A DNA stretch of 64,000 nucleotides from an uncultured Acidobacteriota bacterium. GTDB lineage: Bacteria; Acidobacteriota; Vicinamibacteria; Vicinamibacterales; UBA8438. The stretch covers positions 192,001 through 256,000 of the forward strand of contig CAJWLU010000001.1 in the NCBI GenBank assembly GCA_913043225.1. The letters are read 5' to 3'. Both the position numbers and the translations under genes were made by a program. Position 1 is the first letter of the stretch. Each line of letters opens with the position of its first letter. The notes beneath the pieces are model-generated. The model searched no databases. It was not told the origin of the DNA and saw only the letters and a program-made list of their open reading frames with translations. Of this stretch, positions 39,483 through 48,572 are shown piece by piece.

Positions 39483-40781
39483 ATGTTCAGTCGTTTCCGA
39501 TCATTGGTGGTGGTTTCGGTGTTCGGTCTTGCTCTCGCGGCAACGGCCCCGGGCGCGGCGGCCAATGAAGCGGACGTGACCTATTACCAGGATGTCCTCC
39601 CGATCATCCAGAACAACTGCCAGAACTGCCATCGCCCCGAAGGACTAAACCTAGGCGGCGTCATCGCGCCGATGTCCTTCATGAGCTACGAAGAAACCCG
39701 CCCCTGGGCGCGCTCTATCAAGCTTAAGGTCGAAGCTCACGAGATGCCGCCCTGGTACGCCTCGGCTCCGAAAGGCGTCTTCTCGAACGAGCGCGGTCTG
39801 ACTGAGGACGAGATCGGCACGATCGCCCGCTGGGTCGACGCAGGCGCGCCGGCCGGCGACCGCAGCCAGGCGCCAGCCCCGAAGACCTTTGCCGAGACCA
39901 CGAGCGGCGGCTGGTCGCTCGGGACTCCGGACTACGTGTTCCAACTCGACGAGCCGTATTTCGTCGAGGACGACGTGTATGACCTGAACATCAGCTTCTA
40001 CAAGACGCTCACCGCGGCCGAGTTGCCCGAAGACCTGTGGGTTCGCGGCTGGGAGTTCAAGACGGGCGCCGGAACCGTAGCCCATCACATGTGCGGCTAC
40101 GTGCGTGCTCCCGCTCCCGATGTAGAGCCTGGCGCGGCGGCCGAGAAGGGCGTGGCCGGGGCCGGCCAGCTGCTAACCTGCATCGCCGAGGGCACCGAGG
40201 CGGTCATGCTGCCAGACGGCTACGGTCTGCATCTGGAGGCGGGCTCGACGCTGACCTACAACATGCATTTCCATAAGGAGCCTGGCGAAGGCAGCGGCGT
40301 CTGGACGCAGCCCGAGGTCGCGTTCTTCGTGGAGGAGCGGCCGGTGACCCACAAGGTCACCAACAACTCCATCGGCAATACCGGATTCGAGCTGCCGCCG
40401 CGGATCGACGACTACCGGATCGGCGCGTCCCGCACGCTGGAAGAAGACATCTACGTGCTGACCTACTGGCCTCATGGCCACCTCCGCGCCAAAGCCGCTC
40501 GCTACACAGCCACCTACCCGGATGGCCGAACCGAGCTGCTGTTGGACGTGCCCGAGTACGACAACGGGTGGCAGGAGACCTACAAGCTGAAGCAGCCGAA
40601 GCTTCTGCCGGAGGGCACGCGTATCGACGTCAGCCACTGGTATGACAACTCCGCAGAACGCGGTGCGCTCTACGACTTCGATCCAACTCTGACCCCGGGC
40701 CACGGCCCGCGCACCGACGACGAGATGTCGCTCGGATTCATCGGCTACGCGGTAGAGCTCGACGCCGCCGACGAGAACTAA
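39483..40781 (+). CDS. heme c-containing copper type II (PHM/DBH-like) monooxygenase candidate
   Basis: Signal peptide, CQNCH, EMPPW, then HH, MHFH, PHGH and DDEM; GAGGAG upstream. Confidence 0.8.
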   Translation: MFSRFRSLVVVSVFGLALAATAPGAAANEADVTYYQDVLPIIQNNCQNCHRPEGLNLGGVIAPMSFMSYEETRPWARSIKLKVEAHEMPPWYASAPKGVFSNERGLTEDEIGTIARWVDAGAPAGDRSQAPAPKTFAETTSGGWSLGTPDYVFQLDEPYFVEDDVYDLNISFYKTLTAAELPEDLWVRGWEFKTGAGTVAHHMCGYVRAPAPDVEPGAAAEKGVAGAGQLLTCIAEGTEAVMLPDGYGLHLEAGSTLTYNMHFHKEPGEGSGVWTQPEVAFFVEERPVTHKVTNNSIGNTGFELPPRIDDYRIGASRTLEEDIYVLTYWPHGHLRAKAARYTATYPDGRTELLLDVPEYDNGWQETYKLKQPKLLPEGTRIDVSHWYDNSAERGALYDFDPTLTPGHGPRTDDEMSLGFIGYAVELDAADEN

Positions 40782-40796
40782 CCTCATTCCTCGAGA

Positions 40797-40834
40797 GCCG
40801 GGCCTCGTTCTTCGGGGCCCGGCATCTTCGTTTC
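40797..40834 (+). terminator. GC-rich hairpin with pyrimidine tail (terminator-like)
   Basis: GCCGGGCCTCG-TTCTT-CGGGGCCCGGC 11-bp stem (one G-U) followed by ATCTTCGTTTC, 16 nt after stop. Confidence 0.6.
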
Positions 40835-40845
40835 CTGGTCGAGCT

Positions 40846-42000
40846 ATGCAGTATCGGCGCGTTCGTCTCCTGTTGACCGGCGTGATCGCCGGTTTTGTTG
40901 TCTTCGGCCCCCTCGACGCGCTGGGACAGGATGCCGCGCAGGCTCGCACCGAGCTCGTCCTCAGCGGCCGTACCATCTCGATCGAGTACGACTCCACGCT
41001 CAGCGCGGCCGTCGCGGCACACCAGGCCGTGCTCGACGCGTCGGCTGGTGAGCAGGCCAAGATCAAGATCGGCCAGCTCGAAGGACATCGCGCGCTCCGA
41101 ATCGGTCCCCTGGGGGCTGAACCCGGAAGCTCCCCCCGCAGGGGACCGCGTCACGAGCTGTGGCTGAGTCGGACCGGCACCGCCTGGGTTCTGGACGCTC
41201 GCCCCATTTCGGACGAGGGCGATCTCGCGACGACCGAGGACAACGACCCACCCCCGCCTCGGGTGCAGGCCCAGATTCCGCTCACTCACGTAGTGCGCCC
41301 TGACGAGACATCGGACACCCCGCTCGTGGCGTTGATGCCCTACGGTGATGGCCGAGGCGAAATCACGCTCCAGTGGGGAGGGCACTACTGGTATACCGGC
41401 TTCGAGTTCATCGAGCTCGCGGCCACCCCGCGCCCCGAACGGACCTCGAACGTCGGACGGGCCACGTTGCTCACCCGTGACTCCGACACCAGTGGCCGAT
41501 GGCGGGCCACCAGGCGCAGCACCCGCAACGAGACGGTCCTAGCCCGGCCGACCGGCGAAACAATCGAAGTCTGGTTCCAGAAGGAAATGGGTACCGATCA
41601 CCGCGACTTCGCGGGCCTAGAATCGGTGGCCGACGGCGAGGTTGTTCTGCTGTCCGGCGCCGCGGCCCTGCGCCTACGGAGCGAGGTACCTCTGCGCGCC
41701 GGTGACACGTCTATACCAACCGACAATCTCGTGCCCGACTTCCCCGGTTCCTACTCGCTGTGGCTGAAGGCGGTCGGGAACGGATGGCATCTCGTCTTCA
41801 ACAACGAACCCGACTCATGGGGCTCACAGCACGACCCGGCCTTCGACGCGGGCGAAGTCGAACTCACCCACGTGCACGGCGGTCCGAACACCGAGCGCCC
41901 CCTCCAAGTCTCCCTCGTTCCCCGGCGGCCAGGTGAGATCGGCATGGTAATCCACTGGGGCCAGCACACCTGGTCGGCCGACTTCACGATCGAGCGCTGA
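40846..42000 (+). CDS. exported protein with DUF2911-like domain(s), apparent internal duplication
   Basis: GSYSLWLK...WHLVFNNEPDSWGSQHD...IHWG; degenerate first copy HELWLSR..WVL...ITLQWG. Confidence 0.65.
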   Translation: MQYRRVRLLLTGVIAGFVVFGPLDALGQDAAQARTELVLSGRTISIEYDSTLSAAVAAHQAVLDASAGEQAKIKIGQLEGHRALRIGPLGAEPGSSPRRGPRHELWLSRTGTAWVLDARPISDEGDLATTEDNDPPPPRVQAQIPLTHVVRPDETSDTPLVALMPYGDGRGEITLQWGGHYWYTGFEFIELAATPRPERTSNVGRATLLTRDSDTSGRWRATRRSTRNETVLARPTGETIEVWFQKEMGTDHRDFAGLESVADGEVVLLSGAAALRLRSEVPLRAGDTSIPTDNLVPDFPGSYSLWLKAVGNGWHLVFNNEPDSWGSQHDPAFDAGEVELTHVHGGPNTERPLQVSLVPRRPGEIGMVIHWGQHTWSADFTIER

Positions 42001-42082
42001 ACCCGGACCCCACCGCCCTACTGCAACCCACCGCAACGGTGCGCCGCGGTGCTATGCTCACGGCGATCGACAGGAGGTGTCC

Positions 42083-43060
42083 GTGATTATTCGCATCCTC
42101 GCGCTGGCCACATTGACGAGCCTACTGCTTGGGCCCGTGGCGGCCTTCAGCCAACCATCGAACTGGAATCCGCCAGAGACCCCCTGGGGCGACCCCGATC
42201 TGCAAGGGGTCTGGACGAACGCCACACTGACCCCAGTGGAACGCCCCGACGCGATGGTAGACAAATCGGTGTTGACCGCCGAAGAAGCCGCGGACTTCGA
42301 GACGCAGTCGGCGGAGCAGCGGGCAGCTTCAGATCGCTTCATCCTCGGCAACGTGGGGGCTTACAACCAGTTCTGGATGGATGGAGGGAAGAACGTGACC
42401 GGCGACCGCCGGACGGCGCTCATCACAGAACCGCCCGACGGCCGCATCCCCTGGACCGAGGCGGGCCAGCGGCGTCTGGACAGCGACCTAGCCCGCTACG
42501 GTGTCGGGCCGTTCGACACGTATGTCGACGCCGATACTGGAGAGCGCTGCCTGACCGACGGCCTGCCGTTCGTGCCGCTACAGGGCTACAACATGAACTA
42601 CCAGATCCTGCAGTCGCCTGGGTGGGTAGCCATCATCAACGAGATGTTCCACGAGTTCCGACTGATCCCGGTCGACGGCCGCTCCCATGTGCCCGATCAC
42701 GTGGGCCAGATCCTCGGTGACGCCAGGGGCCGATGGGAGGGCAACACCTTGGTGGTAGAGACCCGGAGCTTCGCCGACAAGCGGCACTTCCTGTGGCGTG
42801 CCACCTGGCGGGCGTCGCGCCCCAACCTGCGTCTAGTCGAGCGGTTTACCCGGGTGAGCGAAGACACGATCGACTACGAGTTCACGATGAGCGACCCCGA
42901 CATGTTCACCCGCCCCTGGACGGCGCTGGTCCCGATGACGACCGACCAGGCGTCGCGCGGCGTCACAAGCGGTCCGCTCTACGAGTACGCCTGTCACGAA
43001 GGCAACTACGGGCTCCTCAACATCATGCGGGGCGCCCGGGTCGAGGAACTGGAGCAGTAG
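42083..43060 (+). CDS. conserved exported hypothetical protein, 'PDLQGVW...EYACHEGN' family (paralog 1)
   Basis: AGGAGG RBS, signal peptide, motifs shared with 45291-46298 and 58436-59416. Confidence 0.85.
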   Translation: MIIRILALATLTSLLLGPVAAFSQPSNWNPPETPWGDPDLQGVWTNATLTPVERPDAMVDKSVLTAEEAADFETQSAEQRAASDRFILGNVGAYNQFWMDGGKNVTGDRRTALITEPPDGRIPWTEAGQRRLDSDLARYGVGPFDTYVDADTGERCLTDGLPFVPLQGYNMNYQILQSPGWVAIINEMFHEFRLIPVDGRSHVPDHVGQILGDARGRWEGNTLVVETRSFADKRHFLWRATWRASRPNLRLVERFTRVSEDTIDYEFTMSDPDMFTRPWTALVPMTTDQASRGVTSGPLYEYACHEGNYGLLNIMRGARVEELEQ

Positions 43061-43061
43061 C

Positions 43062-45164
43062 ATGCTGAAGCGAACGCTGTCACTCATCATCGTTGGCATA
43101 CTGCTCACGCCCGCGCTAGGACTAGCACAACCGTGGCAGACCTACGACACGTCGAACGGGGAGTGGCGCAGCTATGCCGGTGACATCGGCGGCAAGAAGT
43201 ACTCGCCGCTCGACCAGATCGACGCGACCAATTTCGCCGACCTGGAGCTGGCCTGGGAGTGGACGTCGGTCGACAACTTCGTGAGCATGACCACCAACGA
43301 CGGCGGTGAATGGTGGGCGCCGCTCGAGACTATCGTCGAAGTTTTGGAGCAGAGGACCCCGAACCTGTATCGCACCGGACACCGGCCAAACCCGAGCGGC
43401 TTCCAGGCGACGCCCTTGATGGTGGAGGGGGTGCTGTACTTCAACACCCCGCTGTCACAAGCGGTCGCCGTGGATGCGACCACGGGCGAGACGCTCTGGG
43501 TGAACAACCCGAAGAGCTACGAGGAAGGCACTACCACCATGACCGGGACCTGGCGCCAACGGGGCGTCGCGTACTGGACCGACGGCGCTGGCGACGATCG
43601 TATCTTCTGGGGAACCGGAAATGGCTATCTCGTCTGCGCCGACGCGCAAACCGGACGCCCCTGCCCGGACTTCGGGCCGACGGGCAACGGCATGGTCGAC
43701 ACCATGGACGGTGTCCCACGGGCCAACCGCGGCGAACGAGACTACCTGAATGCGCTCCTCTGGGGTATTCACTCGCCGCCCATCGTGGTCCGCGATCGGG
43801 TCATCCACGGCTCACACGTGGCAGATCGCCGTGTCACGAAGGAAGCAATCCCCGGGTGGGTACGGGCCTGGGACGTCCGGACCGGTGAGCACGCGTGGGA
43901 CTTTCACACCGTGCCGAACAGCGCCGACGAGTATGGGGCGGACACGTGGCTGAACGAGTCCTGGCGCTACTCCGGCAACGCCAATGTCTGGTCGATGCTG
44001 GCGGGCGACAACGAACTCGGCATGGTCTACCTCCCCACCGGTACCGCGACCAACGACTACTACGGGGCCGACCGATTGGGTGACAACCTCTATTCGGAAA
44101 CTCTGGTCGCGGTCGACGTCGAAACCGGACAGCGCGCCTGGCACTTTCAGGCCGTGCACCACGGGCTCTGGGACTACGACTTCCCCACCCACCCCAACCT
44201 GCTCGACGTCACCGTCGATGGCCGCCCAATCCAGGCCATCGCCCAGGTCAGCAAACAGGGCTGGATCTATGCCTTCGATCGGGTGACCGGAGAACCGATC
44301 TGGCCGATCGAGGAACGACCGGTACCGCAGCACACGAACATGCCGGGTGAGGTTCCCTCGCCAACCCAGCCGTTCCCTACCAAACCGGCGCCCTTCGACT
44401 ACCAGGGCGTCGAGATCGATGACCTGGTGGACTTCACACCCGAGCTGCGTCAGATGGCAATCGAAGCGGTCGCGGGCTTCACCCTTGGACCGCTCTTCAC
44501 GCCGCCGAACCGGCCCGTAGAGGGTGAAACTCGTGGCACCATCATGCGACCGCCCCCGGGGGGAACGGCCGGCTGGGCAGGCGCGGCGGCCGATCCGGAC
44601 ACCGGCATCCTCTACATCCCATCGCGGAACCAGGCCTCGGTGATCGGACTGTACGCGCCGGATCCGGAGATCGGCGCGACGGTCGAATACACCCATGGCG
44701 CGCCGGAGGCGGAGCGGATGGAGATGCTTCGCCAAGGTATCCGGACCGGCCCCCAGATGCCACAGGGCCTGCCCCTGCTCAAGCCGCCCTACTCCCGTAT
44801 GTCCGCGCTCGACATGAACACCGGAGAGTACAACTGGGTGATCCCGACCGGCAACGGCGACCGCTATCGCCGGCACCCGATGCTTCGAGACCTGGACCTT
44901 CCGCCTCTGGGCGGTGACAACGGGACGAACGGTCCCGTGCTGACCAAGACCCTGCTTATCTACTGCCTCACGACCGGCAGCTCAAGCGGCGGGCCGAGGA
45001 TGGTGGCCTACGACAAGGACAACGGTGAAGAGCTTGCCGCGGTGGACCTGCCGGCGGGCGCCATCGGCACGCCAATGACTTACATGGTGGACGGAAGGCA
45101 ATACATCGCCCTGACGATCGGTGGCGGTCCCCGCCTGGTAGCCTTCGCGCTGCCAGAATCCTAA
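43062..45164 (+). CDS. PQQ-dependent dehydrogenase, glucose/quinate dehydrogenase-like, without N-terminal TM domain
   Basis: YSPLDQI, FQATPL, RGVAYW, HHGLWDYD, PTQPFPTKP, KPPYSR, TPMTYMVDGRQY. Confidence 0.9.
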   Translation: MLKRTLSLIIVGILLTPALGLAQPWQTYDTSNGEWRSYAGDIGGKKYSPLDQIDATNFADLELAWEWTSVDNFVSMTTNDGGEWWAPLETIVEVLEQRTPNLYRTGHRPNPSGFQATPLMVEGVLYFNTPLSQAVAVDATTGETLWVNNPKSYEEGTTTMTGTWRQRGVAYWTDGAGDDRIFWGTGNGYLVCADAQTGRPCPDFGPTGNGMVDTMDGVPRANRGERDYLNALLWGIHSPPIVVRDRVIHGSHVADRRVTKEAIPGWVRAWDVRTGEHAWDFHTVPNSADEYGADTWLNESWRYSGNANVWSMLAGDNELGMVYLPTGTATNDYYGADRLGDNLYSETLVAVDVETGQRAWHFQAVHHGLWDYDFPTHPNLLDVTVDGRPIQAIAQVSKQGWIYAFDRVTGEPIWPIEERPVPQHTNMPGEVPSPTQPFPTKPAPFDYQGVEIDDLVDFTPELRQMAIEAVAGFTLGPLFTPPNRPVEGETRGTIMRPPPGGTAGWAGAAADPDTGILYIPSRNQASVIGLYAPDPEIGATVEYTHGAPEAERMEMLRQGIRTGPQMPQGLPLLKPPYSRMSALDMNTGEYNWVIPTGNGDRYRRHPMLRDLDLPPLGGDNGTNGPVLTKTLLIYCLTTGSSSGGPRMVAYDKDNGEELAAVDLPAGAIGTPMTYMVDGRQYIALTIGGGPRLVAFALPES

Positions 45165-45290
45165 GGCGCGGACCACTCACTTTAGGCTGGAGGCCTACGC
45201 CTCTATCCTCGCCTGTACAACACCGATGATCACATCCGGCGCGCCCGTGTATGCGTCACGGGAGCTTTGGCCTGACTGAGTCGTCTAGCG

Positions 45291-46298
45291 TCAGCACTGA
45301 CGATCTTCGAGGCGGGCGGTCCGCAGCATCCCCTCCATAGAGACGTTGCCTTCGTGGCACGCGAACTCATAGAGCGGCTGCTCACGGCGGACGAGTGGAA
45401 ACTCGGCCGCCCAAGCCGCCGCCCACGTGGATGGGTCACGCACCTCGATCCGGTAATGCAGGGTGTCTGGTCCTGTCCGGGTAAAGCGCTCAACCAACTG
45501 GAGCCCCTCCGCCGAGCCCCGGAAGTAGCTGTTGGGTGAGAAGTTCGACGACTCCACTACCAGCGTATCGTCTTCCCACCGCCCTCGGGAGCTGCCGTTC
45601 CACTGGCGGATAGAGTGGGGTAACCTGGGGCGCCCGTCGAGCGGAATCAACCGGGCATCGTGGAACGCCTCGCTAATGAATGCTACGTGGTCTGGCGTCT
45701 GGATCAGCTGGTAGAACGTGTACGGACCAGCTCCGAAATTCCCGCCCAGTCGAGGAACTCCAGTGGTCACACAGCGATGGAAGCTGTTCAGGTCCTCGGG
45801 GCCAGTCTTCAGCTCCCAGCCGACATCGACCGCGCGTGTCCGAGCCTGGCCGGCTTCGGTCATGGCGGGAATATGGCCATTGGCTGGCTCGATCACGAGC
45901 GACGTCCGGTTGATGAACTGGAGGTCAACCATCCCGATCGAGCTGCTGGTCGACGAGGCGCCCTCGTAGACGTCGATGTCGCGCAGCGCGGCTCTGAATG
46001 CACCTTCCGGCGTGGTGAACGCGCTCCGTCCGTCAGCGAAGATCCGCTCGGCTCTCGCCTGGAGACCGGCCACCTCCGCGTCGGTGAACTCGACACGATC
46101 AGCCAGGTCTGCAGGGCGCTCGACCGGCGCCGCAGTGTTGCTCAACCAGACGCCCTGCAGATCCGGTCGACCGTTGGCCAGCCTAGGCGGCCCCCAGTCA
46201 TCAACGGCGCTCGATTGCGCCCACGCCACACTCCCGGCACCCATAACGACGAGGGCCGGCACCACGCTAGACCAGACCGCGATTCGTCTTAGACCCAT
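45291..46298 (-). CDS. conserved exported hypothetical protein, 'PDLQGVW...EFACHEGN' family (paralog 2)
   Basis: AAGGAG RBS, signal peptide, shared motifs. Confidence 0.85.
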   Translation of the reverse strand: MGLRRIAVWSSVVPALVVMGAGSVAWAQSSAVDDWGPPRLANGRPDLQGVWLSNTAAPVERPADLADRVEFTDAEVAGLQARAERIFADGRSAFTTPEGAFRAALRDIDVYEGASSTSSSIGMVDLQFINRTSLVIEPANGHIPAMTEAGQARTRAVDVGWELKTGPEDLNSFHRCVTTGVPRLGGNFGAGPYTFYQLIQTPDHVAFISEAFHDARLIPLDGRPRLPHSIRQWNGSSRGRWEDDTLVVESSNFSPNSYFRGSAEGLQLVERFTRTGPDTLHYRIEVRDPSTWAAAWAAEFPLVRREQPLYEFACHEGNVSMEGMLRTARLEDRQC

Positions 46299-46309
46299 AG
46301 CGCTCCTTC

Positions 46310-48061
46310 TCACTCCGGTAGCGCAAACACGAACAGGTTGTTACCGAAACTCGGGCGCAACTCGGGTGTCATGGCGGCGAACATCGTCGCGGTCCCCGCC
46401 GTCCCAACGCTAGCCGCGATGTACTGCTTGCCGTCGACCTCAAAGCTGATGGGGAAACCGGTGACGGGGGATCCCAGGTTGATTTCCCACAACACCTCGC
46501 CGGTCTCCTGATCCATGGCTCGGAAGCGACCATTGACGTCGCCGCCGAACACCAGCCCGCCACCGGTGGCCACGAGCGAGGTGGTCGCGGCCCGCTGCTG
46601 CCGGACCCAGGGAGAGCTCCCTGTTTCGACCGATACTGCATGGACTGATCCAAGCTGGTCGGTGCCAGGGGCCAGCTGATGCCTCAATGCCAGGGCGTAG
46701 AGCGGCTGCTCCGTGGTCGCCGTCATTCGAGCACACGTGTTGCGCAACGGAAAATACATCGTGTTAGTCAGCGGACTGTACGCGCCCGCTTCCCAATCTT
46801 TTCCGCCGTTCCAGGTCGGACAGGTCAGCACCTCCTGGCCTTCCCGCGTGAACACGAGCTCGGCGTTCTCGGTCACCGCACCGGTGGCGCCATCGATCTC
46901 ACTGACTACATTCTGCGCGATGGTCGTCGTGGCCCACAAAAACTCGCCGGTCTCCCGATCTAGGGTGTAGACGATGCCGGTCTTCCCGGGAATACCGGTC
47001 ATGACGTTACGAGTTTCGCCAGGGCGCAAGCGCGGGTTGATCCAGTTGACGACATCGGGGTCCGGCGTCATAACGCTGTCGACCAGGATTCGTTCGAACG
47101 GATGGTCGAGATCCCAGTGGTCGTTCAGATGCTGGTAATACCAGACGACCTCGCCAGTGTCGACGTCGAGGGCAAGCGTGCAGTTGTGGTACAGGTAGTC
47201 GTGGTCAGGCCCGTCGAGCAGAAACTTCGGCGCCGGGGACGTCACGGACGTGCCGATATACACGAGGTTCAGCTCCGGGTCATAACTGGGCACCATCCAG
47301 GCGCCCACGTGGCGCCGTTCTTCGTACGGCACCTCACCCCAGCTATCGTAGCCAGGCTCGCCGGGTCGCGGGATGACCTGCCGTCTCCAGATCTCCTCCC
47401 CGGTGAGCGCATCGTGGGCCACGATGACGCACGCCTCTGGCCCTCCACGCGGCATGCAGCTGCGTCCGGAGATCACCTTGCCGTCGGCCACAATCGGCCC
47501 TGAGCTCTGAGTCGCAGGATGGGTACGAAAGTCGAGAATCTGGGTATCCCACACCACGTCGCCTGTCTTCGCATCGAGAGCAAAGACATGGTCGTCCATG
47601 CTGGTGTCGATGATCAGCGTGTCGTAGATGGCGATATTGCGGTTGTTGGTCGAGTGCCCGGCGAAGACGTGCCTCGCAATGTCTTCCGGCACCTCCCGTC
47701 GATGCTCCCAGAGCAGGTCCCCGGTCACCGCGTCGATCGCCTGGATGACATCACGAGGATTGGGCATGAAGAGAACCCCGCCGTAGGCGATTGGGGTGCC
47801 CTCCTGGCTGCCCTCGGTCAACGCACGGGTCCAGACCATCCGCAGGTCGGCGACATTGTCACGCGTGACCTGATCAAGCGGGCTATACCCCCACCCATCG
47901 AGCGTCCGACGCCACATGAGCCAGTCGCCCGGCGCCGGCTGTTCGAGCATGGCATCGGTTACCGGCACCAGCTCGTCTAGCGGCTGCGCGGACCCAGTTG
48001 TCGCAAGACCAAGGGTTGACAGCACACCCAGCCAGATCGCCACCATCGCACATCGTGTCAT
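46310..48061 (-). CDS. PQQ-dependent alcohol/sugar dehydrogenase (ADH-type beta-propeller)
   Basis: GDWLMWRRT, YSPLDQV, EGTP, SYDPELNLVY, DHWDLD, GKTG, VDGKQYIA, VFALP. Confidence 0.9.
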   Translation of the reverse strand: MTRCAMVAIWLGVLSTLGLATTGSAQPLDELVPVTDAMLEQPAPGDWLMWRRTLDGWGYSPLDQVTRDNVADLRMVWTRALTEGSQEGTPIAYGGVLFMPNPRDVIQAIDAVTGDLLWEHRREVPEDIARHVFAGHSTNNRNIAIYDTLIIDTSMDDHVFALDAKTGDVVWDTQILDFRTHPATQSSGPIVADGKVISGRSCMPRGGPEACVIVAHDALTGEEIWRRQVIPRPGEPGYDSWGEVPYEERRHVGAWMVPSYDPELNLVYIGTSVTSPAPKFLLDGPDHDYLYHNCTLALDVDTGEVVWYYQHLNDHWDLDHPFERILVDSVMTPDPDVVNWINPRLRPGETRNVMTGIPGKTGIVYTLDRETGEFLWATTTIAQNVVSEIDGATGAVTENAELVFTREGQEVLTCPTWNGGKDWEAGAYSPLTNTMYFPLRNTCARMTATTEQPLYALALRHQLAPGTDQLGSVHAVSVETGSSPWVRQQRAATTSLVATGGGLVFGGDVNGRFRAMDQETGEVLWEINLGSPVTGFPISFEVDGKQYIAASVGTAGTATMFAAMTPELRPSFGNNLFVFALPE

Positions 48062-48572
48062 GACGGGACCAATTCTATCGCCCAGACGACCGCCGGCGAA
48101 CAACCGCCCCTGGGGCTCTCAGGAGAGACGATAGTACGCGGCGCGGCCACCGCTCGACCCGGTGGGGGTCCTCCTGGTTGGGGACAAGAAAAACGTTCCT
48201 ACCGTATGACGACCAATCGCCGAGACAAACGGGCCACTTCCTGTCGATCAAACCATATAGGTTAAGGGCCCAACGACGAGGATCGGGACAACGTCCGCCG
48301 TGAAGACGAGCTGTAAGATGATGACCATCCAACAGAGAGACGGAAACCTACAAAGCAAACTGCGGAGATCGGATGCTATGCCCTGAGTCTGGTGGCTCCG
48401 AGGACAGTGCCGCCGGTCGGCAGTGGCAATGGCTTCATCGGCAGCGATCTGAACAGCGACCCGCCAGTCAAGAGTAGCTACACAGTCGTCAGCCGGACGG
48501 CGGGTGCGGTGGCCGCGAAAGGACTGCCTCTTGTATGACGTTGCGGCCTGCGCCAGCGGCCTGCAGTAACAA

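Noticed and set aside
43062..45164. WDYD in the GDH-like enzyme as evidence of lanthanide use
   Set aside because: D-x-D also occurs at this position in Ca/Mg-dependent membrane GDH family members, so it is not diagnostic here
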